A stretch of 64,000 nucleotides of DNA from a virus. A program made the translations under genes and the position numbers. Below the pieces are notes generated by a model. That model was not told the DNA's origin. It did no database searches and saw nothing but the letters and a program-made list of their open reading frames with translations. Numbering within the stretch: position 1 is the first letter of the stretch; the number at the start of each line of letters is the position of its first letter. Shown here piece after piece: positions 9,324 to 18,565 of the stretch. Where the stretch lies: positions 1 through 64,000 of IMG/VR virus record IMGVR_UViG_3300042296_000700. The stretch is one strand, 5' to 3'.

Positions 9324-9852
9324 GTCGTGATATTTTCTTTGCTGTATGTAAATCAAGAAAAACTTGAACATACTGTATTGATACATCTCCGTTGTCATCA
9401 ACATACATCACAACATCAATCGCATCAGGAGGACACCCTAGTGCAGACGAAAGTGCACCTTGCAGTTTTTGAGCGTAAATCTCCGCCTCAATAGTTTCAT
9501 CCACGAAAATGTCGTGAACGTCAGGGAGCGGCACATACTCAGGGCGTTTGGTGTTTGAAAGTGCTTGAAGTTCAACGCCTTTTTCTTTTGCGATGACGCA
9601 TAGGGCACAAGCAATTTTGGGTGCTGAACTGGGTCGTTTGCGAACTTCCGTATGACCGCACACTAAACGGTGGCGGTATTCTACTTTGCCCCAAGAGCCC
9701 GTTCGCTCAATGGATAGAATCTCTTGTTGTGGTGCCTGTTTTTTATTGACTGCCACATTTTCCCCGATGCTTTTCGCAACATTATACAGATGGAGGGAAA
9801 ACAACCTGTCTGATTTGACCAACAATCTGTTGCGCTTGTGAGCCTCGTCCAA
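9313..9852 (-). CDS. hypothetical protein (possible Zn ribbon); start probably downstream of 9852
   Basis: LVCGH...CALC motif. Confidence 0.55.
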   Translation of the reverse strand: MDEAHKRNRLLVKSDRLFSLHLYNVAKSIGENVAVNKKQAPQQEILSIERTGSWGKVEYRHRLVCGHTEVRKRPSSAPKIACALCVIAKEKGVELQALSNTKRPEYVPLPDVHDIFVDETIEAEIYAQKLQGALSSALGCPPDAIDVVMYVDDNGDVSIQYVQVFLDLHTAKKISRLDI

Positions 9853-10150
9853 TCATGGTGACTGGCTCGTCAATGCCGAGTTCGTGGCGCACCCAATAAA
9901 GAAAATCAAGGTTGTAGACGCTGTCTTTAAGTTCTTCACGCACAATTCCGTCATTTCCGAAGATTGTTCCTTTGTGGTCGGAAAGGTCGGAGCGGAAGTT
10001 TTGAATTAGCCCTGCGTCACGAAGTTCTTCTTCGCTGAAGTGGGGTGCGTAGTATTGGGGCGAAAAAATTGTGTGCCCGTCACCTTCAATCATGCCGTCA
10101 TGCATGGCTTGAAGAACTCGTGTTTGAAATGAAGTCATATTTGTTCCCAT
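9782..10150 (-). CDS. hypothetical protein
   Basis: ORF track; in the packed minus-strand gene run. Confidence 0.55.
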   Translation of the reverse strand: MGTNMTSFQTRVLQAMHDGMIEGDGHTIFSPQYYAPHFSEEELRDAGLIQNFRSDLSDHKGTIFGNDGIVREELKDSVYNLDFLYWVRHELGIDEPVTMIGRGSQAQQIVGQIRQVVFPPSV

Positions 10151-10162
10151 CGTTTAGTTGTT

Positions 10163-10444
10163 TTAATAGTCTGCGCCCGAGTATTCGGGGTATTCAAGGT
10201 TAAAAAATTCTGGTTTTTGATGTTCGTCTGACAACCACCAGTCGTCGTGTGTTCGCGTACGTGCTGGGGTACGCAATTGTACGACATGGAAGTCTCCACG
10301 GAAACCGTCCAAGAACTGAGCGTCCATCCATGCAATGGCTTCTGCACCAGTCGTGAAAGGACCGTAGTTGTAGTCTTCCGTGTAAGTTGGCTTTGAGTGT
10401 GAGACCGCCACAAAACACGGTCCGAAATTTTTAATGTCTAACAT
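10163..10444 (-). CDS. hypothetical protein
   Basis: GAGG RBS before the ATG; packed gene run. Confidence 0.55.
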   Translation of the reverse strand: MLDIKNFGPCFVAVSHSKPTYTEDYNYGPFTTGAEAIAWMDAQFLDGFRGDFHVVQLRTPARTRTHDDWWLSDEHQKPEFFNLEYPEYSGADY

Positions 10445-10461
10445 TTATCCTCACTAATTGT

Positions 10462-10734
10462 TTAGTTCTTAGAGTCTAGCGCCTTTGTTGCGATTTTGCA
10501 AATTGTTGTTGCCACAACCATAACTAGTGCTGCACCGATGCAATTGATTAAATGCGCATCGTATGCTTTCATTTTTCCAGTAAATTCGTTTTCTGTGTAA
10601 AAAGAAGCAACGTCAATCGCTACCCAGAGTGCGGTACCGATAACTGTTGAAACAATGATGTTTGCTGCGACTGCCTTGATGAGTGTGTTTGTCATAACTC
10701 TGAACGTAGCATCATTTTTTCGGTTTAGCAACAT
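10462..10734 (-). CDS. small membrane protein
   Basis: Two hydrophobic helices. Confidence 0.5.
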   Translation of the reverse strand: MLLNRKNDATFRVMTNTLIKAVAANIIVSTVIGTALWVAIDVASFYTENEFTGKMKAYDAHLINCIGAALVMVVATTICKIATKALDSKN

Positions 10735-11014
10735 CGTCCCTGCTAGTTGCCACTTTTTTCTGATTGAAGCGTTGACCTATGCTTCCGAATCTTGCTCCCA
10801 AACTCCCTGCTGGGAAGTCTGTGATGATGACTGTAGTTTCCGCAGTACGTCTTGCAAGTTCCGCACGGATTTGTTGTATCTGCGTTTTAAGAATCTCGGT
10901 TTCTTGTCTGTGAGCGAAATCAGTATCATCCATTTCCATATTTTAACTCCGTATTCTTCCTCTTCAAGGAAATAGCAAACACCAATTTCTCGTGTGTCCA
11001 TAATGTTTATAGTA

Positions 11015-11407
11015 CTAATTCTCATTGTCTTTTAAATCATGCTCGTCGGGATACATTCGCCATTCTCGTGGAAAATACCTCGTAGGTATTTCACCGAGAA
11101 TAATAGCCATATCATGTACTAAAGGACATGATTTTGGAAGTACTCTATCAAGACTAATAAGCCAACCAGCACAATACAGTTCTTCCGACATCTGCGTCAT
11201 GATTTCTGGAAGCGCAGAACGCAGAAGTGATTTTTGCTGTACGTTTTCATTAACAACACGAGTAAACGATTCTTGTATCTCGCCAATAGAAAATTTGTGG
11301 GGGTATAGAGCCATAATTTGAACATCAAATGGCTGGTTTTCCGCCCTATGACGTATTGCTCGCTCCATCGCTCCACTCATTGCATCAAAATCCATCGCCG
11401 TCACCAT
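11015..11407 (-). CDS. hypothetical protein
   Basis: ORF track; SEELYCAGWL motif seen in small phage proteins. Confidence 0.5.
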   Translation of the reverse strand: MVTAMDFDAMSGAMERAIRHRAENQPFDVQIMALYPHKFSIGEIQESFTRVVNENVQQKSLLRSALPEIMTQMSEELYCAGWLISLDRVLPKSCPLVHDMAIILGEIPTRYFPREWRMYPDEHDLKDNEN

Positions 11408-11645
11408 ACGTCAATTGCGATAACAATGCGTACAGTTCGGGATTCGTTTGTTCCAGTGCCGCGATTTCTTCTAGGTGCGTGCTCATGTAAGTTTGTAGAG
11501 CACAAAGTGGCAAAGTGTTGCTTGTTGGCGGATGACTGTATGTGACTTTGACGCCCGAGAATGACGAATCAACAATCACATCTCTCATGTATCCACTAGA
11601 TGATGTCTGTGTGTAGTCGCCGGGGCGGCGAAGAAATTCACACAT
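11385..11645 (-). CDS. hypothetical protein
   Basis: ORF overlapping both neighbours (translational coupling). Confidence 0.45.
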   Translation of the reverse strand: MCEFLRRPGDYTQTSSSGYMRDVIVDSSFSGVKVTYSHPPTSNTLPLCALQTYMSTHLEEIAALEQTNPELYALLSQLTYGDGDGF

Positions 11646-11896
11646 TATGCGTTCTTTTCACGAATTATTATTTCGTCACAAATTTCTTTCCACATTTCGG
11701 GATGAGTTTTGCGTACCCATGATGCTGCCGCATTGTTTCGTTTTGCTTGCAGGTGCGTGTAGCGACGCGTTTTTGAACGCCCGTTTTCCGTCTTGCGATA
11801 CTTCTGCATGTAACTGCGTGCTGCCTTGCGACATTCTTCGCACCTACATTTGCTGTTCGTGTAGCATGCGTATGTTCCGTGTTTAAGTTCTGACAT
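11645..11896 (-). CDS. small Zn-finger protein
   Basis: HGT..CY...KCRCEECR motif typical of actinophage small proteins; GGAG RBS. Confidence 0.7.
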   Translation of the reverse strand: MSELKHGTYACYTNSKCRCEECRKAARSYMQKYRKTENGRSKTRRYTHLQAKRNNAAASWVRKTHPEMWKEICDEIIIREKNA

Positions 11897-11919
11897 AAGT
11901 TTCTCCGTTGTTATTTCTA

Positions 11920-12162
11920 TTAGTATTGTGCTATTTGAGTGAGGCGTTGAACCTCTGATTGTAGTTCGCAGACTTGGACTTCGTAACTCTCTAGGGCGCT
12001 ATGTGCTTGCCCTAAAAGTTGCATGACCAAGACGTCGTTGTTGATTGAGTCATACTTAAACCAATACTCATATTGGCTCTTGATGTTACTCATTAACTCT
12101 TTGCTTGCTTTGGGCATTACTACCCTTTCGTATCCTCGTATCAATTCCAGTTCCTTTGACAA
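11920..12162 (-). CDS. hypothetical coiled-coil protein
   Basis: ORF track; start uncertain. Confidence 0.45.
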   Translation of the reverse strand: MSKELELIRGYERVVMPKASKELMSNIKSQYEYWFKYDSINNDVLVMQLLGQAHSALESYEVQVCELQSEVQRLTQIAQY

Positions 12163-12272
12163 TTTAGTATGTTTTTACATTGCCACTTGTTGTGTGCAAG
12201 CAGATACCTGTAGACCGAGAGTCTAAGGCGACGCCGTTTGCAAAAATGGCAGCGAACAAATAGGTGATTCAT
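12141..12272 (-). CDS. 43-aa Cys-rich peptide (below the ORF-track cut-off)
   Basis: GGAG RBS, ATG at 12272; MNHLFVRCHFCKRRR...WQCKNILNCQRNWN. Confidence 0.45.
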   Translation of the reverse strand: MNHLFVRCHFCKRRRLRLSVYRYLLAHNKWQCKNILNCQRNWN

Positions 12273-12525
12273 TTGCGTCTCCAACCTGTGTAAATATTTA
12301 GTATAACAGGTATGTCGTATAACCGCAACCTATGGAATAATTTTCTCCAAAGACTTCCAGTCGCTCTTTCCCGTCAGATACGCCCAAACGTATGGAAGGA
12401 AATCCTCCTCTGTCCGAGCCACCGATGCCGCGACCTTACAAATTCTCTCGTAGTCTGCACGCATTTGTGCGCTATCGGAGAGCATCTTTGCTATTTCTAG
12501 TGTGTAGTCCTGCATAGTCATAATG

Positions 12526-13641
12526 TTACACCCTACGAAATACCTTGTCAAGCCCTGTGATAGATATTGACTTGGATGCTTTCGGCATTGTTCTAATCTT
12601 TCGGAACATGTCCTTATTAAGACCGCGCAATATGAACTTGGAAGCGGGAAACATAGCAAAAGCGGACGGAGATATTGCCCCTTCTGACTCAATGGTCTGT
12701 TTCTTGGCGGCTCCCAGAAGTTTTAGAAAAGCGTCCAAATGCTCCACGTTCTCAAATAGTGGTGTTGGTGCGACGATGTCCCCTTTGTCTGTATATCTAC
12801 GCCCTACGGCGGTTTTGAAGCCCCCTGCGACCAGTTTGGACTTGTCGCCTCCTGCTTCCTTGAGGAGCATCTTGTAGCGGTCTTCAATGTCTGCCAGAAA
12901 GTTCTTTCTGCCTGAATCTGACTTGAAGTTGTAGCCCGCTCGTGACCATGTATAGATGCCATCATCCAGCCCAGCGTTCAGATGAATTGACTTCACGCCC
13001 AGAGCCTCATATTTTGATTCTGCTTTTATGCCAAAATCTGCGCCGATACCTTTTCCTTGGTGCTCTTTGTCAATGCGTAAAATCTCATGGTACGCATGTG
13101 GCTCAAAACGGTCATTTGACCCGTCAAGATAAATGTGGCGTTCAAAAATGCCAACTTTTTTACCGTCAGAGTCAACAATTTTGCCACCTATTTGAATATA
13201 GGGACTACTGCTGGATTCATCTGCGACACGCATGTTTCTTTGACCCCAAATTCTTACGCCCTCGTCATCTCCCCAGAGTTCTGCAGAGTAACTACCGTCG
13301 TCTCCGAGACCCTTCATTTCAAAGATGCTTTTAGCCCAATCGCGAGTAATTTTTTTGGCTGCGCGTGAGTCTCCTTTGTCTGCCCTGAGGAGTATCTCCA
13401 GCATTTTTTCGTTGGAATGCATTGGTGGTTTTGTTTCTTTTACGGCTTTGATTATCCGTTTTTCATCAGCATCTAGTTGCTTTTTTTTAACATCATTCCA
13501 AAGTTTTTTGATGTCATCTTTAGCGTTCGCTATAGGGGCGGGAACGTTGTCTTCTCCGCTCGGTCCAGTGACAAAACCGTCTCCGTCGCCGTCTTCTTCG
13601 CCTAAGGCACCGATAGGTTTCCCGAGTATTTTGATAGACAT
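12526..13641 (-). CDS. GNAT-like acetyltransferase with N-terminal DGDGDG motif
   Basis: LRIDKEHQGKGIG (acetyl-CoA-binding motif A) and GIYTWSRAGYNF; start at 13641 or 13704. Confidence 0.75.
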   Translation of the reverse strand: MSIKILGKPIGALGEEDGDGDGFVTGPSGEDNVPAPIANAKDDIKKLWNDVKKKQLDADEKRIIKAVKETKPPMHSNEKMLEILLRADKGDSRAAKKITRDWAKSIFEMKGLGDDGSYSAELWGDDEGVRIWGQRNMRVADESSSSPYIQIGGKIVDSDGKKVGIFERHIYLDGSNDRFEPHAYHEILRIDKEHQGKGIGADFGIKAESKYEALGVKSIHLNAGLDDGIYTWSRAGYNFKSDSGRKNFLADIEDRYKMLLKEAGGDKSKLVAGGFKTAVGRRYTDKGDIVAPTPLFENVEHLDAFLKLLGAAKKQTIESEGAISPSAFAMFPASKFILRGLNKDMFRKIRTMPKASKSISITGLDKVFRRV

Positions 13642-13678
13642 AAAGAAGCCCTCACCTGATTTGGCGAGGGCTTCTTTT
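13642..13678. terminator. intrinsic terminator-like hairpin between the deacetylase and GNAT genes
   Basis: AAAGAAGCCCTC...GAGGGCTTCTTTT inverted repeat. Confidence 0.6.
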
Positions 13679-13720
13679 CCAGTCTTTTTGCGGAATGAAC
13701 CCATCCCTTTATTTTAGTGC

Positions 13721-14593
13721 TTAGATACCTGCGGATGTCCAAGTTTCAATAGTAATCCTGTGCCAGTCAACAACATCTTCCATTGTTTTCTTGCCCCATG
13801 TGTAGCCTCCTGCGAGGGCAAATACTGCTGGGGTGTCTGCAATGAAATCACTGACTGCTTTTTCGCGCCAAATAATGTCGCTTAGTGATACACCACTGTT
13901 GAGAGGGTCCATGCCTGCGTTGTAGATAATTAGGTCAAATGCGTCAAGTTCTCCTGCGTAATTTAACGCTTTGCCAATCTCTTGACGGTAATCCTGATGT
14001 CCTGCGTAAGTAATGCTACTTTCGCCTTCGGGTTCGTAGGTGTCAAATGCCGCGCAAGTTACGTCAACCTGTACAACCGACGGTAGGTGTGCGTTGATAA
14101 TGTCCCACGTTCCACCGCCTGCGTGTGCGTCAAAGTCAAGAATAAGAACGCGAGGTGCGTCCATTTCCACTGCTTGCCGTGCCGCGACTGCTAGACCGTT
14201 GATTGTGCAGAAACCCTTACCACTGTTCCTGTTGGCATGGTGGAGACCAGATGAGAGACTTCCTGCTCTGGTGTCTTCGCTGAGTGCTGCCGTAGTTGCT
14301 GCAACTAGACCAGTGCTATGGGCTAACGCCATAGTCCAAATTCCTTCATCCCAGTCAAATCCTTGAGATTCCGCCATGCTGAGTGGTGTCCCTGTCTGTA
14401 CTGCATTTACGTATTTTTTGTCGTGGACAGTGGGGAGTAGGTTGTAGGACTTTTCTGTAAACAGAATGGGGTCGTAGATGATTAAGTCGTCAATAGGGTT
14501 GGTTGCTAGTGATTCCCTGATGTGCTTGGATTTGCGAGTTGTGTCGTATGCGTATTTTGCCGCTACGTAATCGTCGTTGTAAAAAAGTTTCAT
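13721..14593 (-). CDS. histone deacetylase-family (AcuC/HdaH-like) Zn-dependent deacetylase
   Basis: GLHHA...GFC..NG, LDFDAH.GGGT, YNAGMDP, GGY; start at 14593 fits the promoter. Confidence 0.92.
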   Translation of the reverse strand: MKLFYNDDYVAAKYAYDTTRKSKHIRESLATNPIDDLIIYDPILFTEKSYNLLPTVHDKKYVNAVQTGTPLSMAESQGFDWDEGIWTMALAHSTGLVAATTAALSEDTRAGSLSSGLHHANRNSGKGFCTINGLAVAARQAVEMDAPRVLILDFDAHAGGGTWDIINAHLPSVVQVDVTCAAFDTYEPEGESSITYAGHQDYRQEIGKALNYAGELDAFDLIIYNAGMDPLNSGVSLSDIIWREKAVSDFIADTPAVFALAGGYTWGKKTMEDVVDWHRITIETWTSAGI

Positions 14594-14622
14594 GTTTGTT
14601 CTTTCTAGTAGTTGTTTGCTAT

Positions 14623-14651
14623 ATATTACACTAATTATTGACAAATGTCAA
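14623..14651 (-). promoter_or_regulatory. near-consensus sigma-70 promoter for the deacetylase
   Basis: TTGACA-17 nt-TAATAT. Confidence 0.7.
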
Positions 14652-14652
14652 A

Positions 14653-15135
14653 TTAGAGGTTTTGGTGCCTATGTGCGTAAAGAATGGGTATTAGGTCTAA
14701 TTTGAAAATCTTTTCCAGATGCTTGACAATGAGACGGTTCGGGATGAAGTCTCGCTTGCTGTCACGTCCCCAGTGTTCTTCCACTGGCTGTTCGTCTCGT
14801 AGCGTTATGAACGCATCTTCGGGCTCTACGCCACGAGCGATTGCAATTCCCCATGCTGTAGAGGTTGACCGTGACATGCCTGCGTGGCAGTGGACTAGGA
14901 GGTCATCTTTGTCCATTCCCCAGTTAATCATCTGCTCAATCTGTTTTAAGGTTGGCGCACGGTTGCCTATTGTGGTGTCGCCAAATTCAACGACAAGGTG
15001 CTGTGGGTGGTTCCAGTTGACTTCTGACGCCAACGGTCCTGCTGTGATGATTGCTGAAAATTCGTTTTTCCATGCTTCTGCTTCTTTGATGTTGCCAATT
15101 ACTGGTAGTGTGACGTTTGTCATAAGTTCCTTCAT
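14653..15135 (-). CDS. CX5R protein tyrosine/dual-specificity phosphatase
   Basis: LLVHCHAGMSRS P-loop, upstream FGD acid loop, PN motif. Confidence 0.9.
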   Translation of the reverse strand: MKELMTNVTLPVIGNIKEAEAWKNEFSAIITAGPLASEVNWNHPQHLVVEFGDTTIGNRAPTLKQIEQMINWGMDKDDLLVHCHAGMSRSTSTAWGIAIARGVEPEDAFITLRDEQPVEEHWGRDSKRDFIPNRLIVKHLEKIFKLDLIPILYAHRHQNL

Positions 15136-15168
15136 TGTGCCTCCTATGGCTAGTATTGTTATGGGAAC

Positions 15169-15197
15169 ACTTTACATTGTTTTGCAGGGGAATGCAA
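15169..15197 (-). promoter_or_regulatory. sigma-70-type promoter for the phosphatase
   Basis: TTGCAT-17 nt-TAAAGT; GGAGG RBS downstream. Confidence 0.55.
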
Positions 15198-15342
15198 CCC
15201 CTACCTATTGAGCCACAACATGAATAGGCAAAGCGCCACAAAAGCAACGACAACTATAAAGAACATAAAATCACCTCGCTAGGTTGTTATTGAATGGTAC
15301 TCCCATTATTCTTCTCCATGCCGTAAATAATCTTCACAAAGG

Positions 15343-15371
15343 TTGACAACATAGCAATCACCTGATAACCT
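15343..15371 (+). promoter_or_regulatory. sigma-70-type promoter (divergent)
   Basis: TTGACA-17 nt-TAACCT with an extended -10 TG. Confidence 0.6.
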
Positions 15372-15438
15372 TCACGGTAAGCCAATCGGCTGATAACAAC
15401 TAAACACAAATAACCCCTAAACAGAAATAAGGACAAAC

Positions 15439-15681
15439 ATGGCAACGGAATATGAAACATTGAAAGAAAAAATGCACATGCGACGTGGGCGGACACCGCT
15501 CCCAGTAGAGGAAAAAGCACGTCGTGAAAAGCAGCAGAAGTCGGAAAATCGTCGTCGGGCAGAGGCTCGTCGTCGTGCATACCTAGTTCTTCAACACAAA
15601 TACGAAGATGAATTTAAGACACTTTTCAACGAAGAGTACTCTGCGTTAGAAAACGACAAAAGGTTCATTACAACCCTTTAA
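15439..15681 (+). CDS. small basic protein, likely nucleic-acid binding
   Basis: AAGGA RBS; RRGRTP and an Arg/Lys-rich helix. Confidence 0.65.
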   Translation: MATEYETLKEKMHMRRGRTPLPVEEKARREKQQKSENRRRAEARRRAYLVLQHKYEDEFKTLFNEEYSALENDKRFITTL

Positions 15682-15715
15682 ATCTCGGTTTATTTTCACC
15701 GTAAAAAAACTAGTC

Positions 15716-15751
15716 AAAAGCACCCCATTCTTTATGGATGGGGTGCTTTTT
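15716..15751 (+). terminator. intrinsic terminator
   Basis: AAAAGCACCCCAT...ATGGGGTGCTTTTT. Confidence 0.8.
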
Positions 15752-15812
15752 ATGTGTCACAATATAAGCACCCCTTCAAACACAGGGCACCCTTCACAAA
15801 ACAGGAGAAAAC

Positions 15813-16166
15813 ATGTCAACTGCAGTACTTGCCCCCACGACCATCACATTGAACATTGCCGGGGTACTGACCACCAGCAGCATCGTCACAATGGCTATGC
15901 CATTCGCTGGCAAAATTACTGGCGCTACCGTCGCAGTAACTGGTGCACCAGCAGGTTCAGCACTTACCGCATCACTTCTTAAAGCAGCCGCTACCGCAGC
16001 AACGTTCTCTATTGCAGCCGCTGGAACATCAGCCACTGGAACATTGGGCACGGCAGCAGCGTGTGCTTTCGCAGCAGGCGACCTTGTTCACCTTGACGTC
16101 ACTGCTGTTGGCTCAGGCACCGCTGGTTCAAACATCACGGTTGCATTCACGGTCACTCAAGGCTAA
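15813..16166 (+). CDS. small Ala/Thr/Gly-rich beta-sandwich virion protein (decoration-like)
   Basis: AGGAG RBS; AP.G....F.AGD...LDVTAVGS..AG pattern of phage structural beta-sandwich domains. Confidence 0.6.
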   Translation: MSTAVLAPTTITLNIAGVLTTSSIVTMAMPFAGKITGATVAVTGAPAGSALTASLLKAAATAATFSIAAAGTSATGTLGTAAACAFAAGDLVHLDVTAVGSGTAGSNITVAFTVTQG

Positions 16167-16187
16167 GCAAACTTTTCAAGTAATATG

Positions 16188-16224
16188 AAACCACCCCACT
16201 TGTTATGAGTGGGGTGGTTTTTTT
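16188..16224 (+). terminator. intrinsic terminator
   Basis: AAACCACCCCACT...AGTGGGGTGGTTTTTTT. Confidence 0.85.
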
Positions 16225-16252
16225 ATGTAAAAATATAGTGAAAAGGCTGTGA

Positions 16253-16558
16253 ATGATGAGCAATCAATACCAACGACCAGATTACATATTTGATGACGTA
16301 CAAATTATTAGAGCAGACCGTAGCGCATGCATTATTTGCGGTCACCCAACTGGCGATTGCGCAACAGAAACAAGCAAACCAAGTCATATTTCTGGTGTCG
16401 GTGCATTCAAGTCAATTGACGTAAAACTCGTACATGTTGTAGAAGAAGACATATGGGAAGAACGGCAAATAAATCCGTACCATACTGCCCGCGTTTTGGT
16501 GTACAGAAAAGGCAGAGAGATTAGTCACGAACGAGCGCAAGAATTAGGTCTACTCTAA
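16253..16558 (+). CDS. hypothetical protein
   Basis: CIICGHPTGDC motif. Confidence 0.6.
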   Translation: MMSNQYQRPDYIFDDVQIIRADRSACIICGHPTGDCATETSKPSHISGVGAFKSIDVKLVHVVEEDIWEERQINPYHTARVLVYRKGREISHERAQELGLL

Positions 16559-16634
16559 ACAGTTTCTGTATTCATTCATGGTGTAATCTTTACCTCTCAC
16601 ACATCATTCTTTATGAACAGAAATGGGGGGCGTC

Positions 16635-18560
16635 ATGCCTATTCTTGAACAATCTTTTGTTGACTCTTACAAAACCAAAACCCCGCCTTGGGGATTCGGT
16701 GGTCTAGGCGAAATCGTTTATCTACGCACATACAGTCGTCCTGTAGAAGGAACAGACCGTAACGAAACATGGGTGGAAACAGTTCAGCGTGTTATTGAAG
16801 GCGCAGTAGGAATTGGTGTTCCATACACACAGCAACAAGCAGAGACTTTGTTTGACCACATGTTCTATTTGCGTTGCTCTATGTCGGGTCGTGCACTCTG
16901 GCAACTTGGCACACCACTCGTAAAGCAGTTCAACGGAACATCGCTAAACAACTGTTACTTCACAAACATTGAAAAAGTTGAAGACTTTGAACTTCTGTTT
17001 GATTACCTGATGCTCGGTGGTGGAGTTGGGTTCTCTGTTGAGCGTTCTAAAATTCATGACCTTCCTAAAATAAAAGCAGGAGTAACAGTCACACATGAGC
17101 GCACTAATGATGCAGACATCATTGTTCCTGACTCACGCCAAGGCTGGCGTCGCCTACTTCACTCGGTACTGAAGTCGTACTTTGAGACAGGAAAGTCCTT
17201 CACGTATTCCACGATTCTTGTTCGTGAATTTGGTGCTCGTCTAAAGACGTTCGGCGGAACTGCTTCTGGTCCTGGTTCGCTCATTGACGGAATTGAAGAC
17301 ATCTGCAAGGTGTTGGATAATCGTGCAGGAAAGAAGTTGCGCTCTATTGACGTTTTGGATATTTGCAATATCATCGGGCGAATTGTTGTCTCTGGTTCAT
17401 CGCGCCGTTCAGCACAAATTGCAATCGGCGACCCTGACGATGTTCTTTTCCTTCGTGCAAAGAACTGGGGAAGCGGAGAGATTCCAGCATGGCGCGCCAA
17501 CTCCAATAACAGTATTTACGCCGACTATTACGACCATATTCTTCCCGAACTATGGAAGGGCTATCAGGGCAACGGCGAACCTTACGGTTTACTTAACCGT
17601 CGTCTTTCACGCAAGTTTGGTCGCATCGGCGAAGCACGTCCAGACAACTCAATTGAAGGATTCAACCCATGTGCAGAAATTGCTCTTGGTGATGGAGAGT
17701 CTTGCAATCTTGCAACACTGTTCCTCCCGAACATTGAATCGTATGAGCAGTTTGTAGAAGTCTCAGAATTGCTGTACATCTGCCAGAAGCAAATTACTCG
17801 CATGGATTACCCATACGAAAAGACCACACAAATTGTTCGCAAAAACTCACGGCTCGGACAGTCAATCACAGGGATACTTCAAGCCAATGAAGAACAACTG
17901 TCATGGCTCAAGAAGGGCTACGAGGCTCTTGACGCATACGATGTGGCGTATTCCGAAGCAAATGGTTTCCCTCGTTCCGTGCGTCTCACAACAGTGCAAC
18001 CATCAGGAACACTCTCATTGCTGCCAGGTATCACGCCAGGTATCCATCCAGCGTATGCTCGGTTCTACACACGCCGCGTGCGTTTCAGTGCTGCTGACAA
18101 ACTTGTAGACGCATGTCGCAAGCGTGGCTACAAAGTTCAATGGGAAATCGGTCTTGATGGACGCGAAGACCATACTAAGTATGTAGTTGACTTCCCTTGC
18201 ATGTCTCCAGAGAACGCCGTTCTCGCCAAAGACATGACAGCAGTAGACCAACTTGAATGGGTCAAAAAGATGCAGGCGGAATGGGCAGACAATGCTGTTT
18301 CGGTAACCGTGTACTATCGCAAGGAAGAACTTGACGAGATTCGTGCATGGCTTGCAGCGAACTACGACACAAGCATCAAGTCAGTATCTTTCCTTCTGCA
18401 CGCAGACCACAACTTCCCACTTCCCCCATACGAGGAAATCACAGAAGATGAATACAAGAAGGCAGTCTCCAAGATTGACTTCACTATTCAAATGCAATCC
18501 TCTGGAAATGACGTAATTGACTTGGATGATTGCGCAACGGGGGCGTGCCCTGTAAAGTAA
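16635..18560 (+). CDS. nrdJ: class II (adenosylcobalamin-dependent) ribonucleotide reductase
   Basis: RTYSR, LNNC, GGGVG, RRSA, NPCAEI, CNL, TVQPSGT, C-terminal CATGACP redox pair. Confidence 0.95.
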   Translation: MPILEQSFVDSYKTKTPPWGFGGLGEIVYLRTYSRPVEGTDRNETWVETVQRVIEGAVGIGVPYTQQQAETLFDHMFYLRCSMSGRALWQLGTPLVKQFNGTSLNNCYFTNIEKVEDFELLFDYLMLGGGVGFSVERSKIHDLPKIKAGVTVTHERTNDADIIVPDSRQGWRRLLHSVLKSYFETGKSFTYSTILVREFGARLKTFGGTASGPGSLIDGIEDICKVLDNRAGKKLRSIDVLDICNIIGRIVVSGSSRRSAQIAIGDPDDVLFLRAKNWGSGEIPAWRANSNNSIYADYYDHILPELWKGYQGNGEPYGLLNRRLSRKFGRIGEARPDNSIEGFNPCAEIALGDGESCNLATLFLPNIESYEQFVEVSELLYICQKQITRMDYPYEKTTQIVRKNSRLGQSITGILQANEEQLSWLKKGYEALDAYDVAYSEANGFPRSVRLTTVQPSGTLSLLPGITPGIHPAYARFYTRRVRFSAADKLVDACRKRGYKVQWEIGLDGREDHTKYVVDFPCMSPENAVLAKDMTAVDQLEWVKKMQAEWADNAVSVTVYYRKEELDEIRAWLAANYDTSIKSVSFLLHADHNFPLPPYEEITEDEYKKAVSKIDFTIQMQSSGNDVIDLDDCATGACPVK

Positions 18561-18565
18561 GGGGC

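Noticed and set aside
16635-18560. Intein or intron in nrdJ (also checked terL and the primase-helicase)
   Set aside because: Lengths and motif spacing are normal, with no splice motifs or frame breaks
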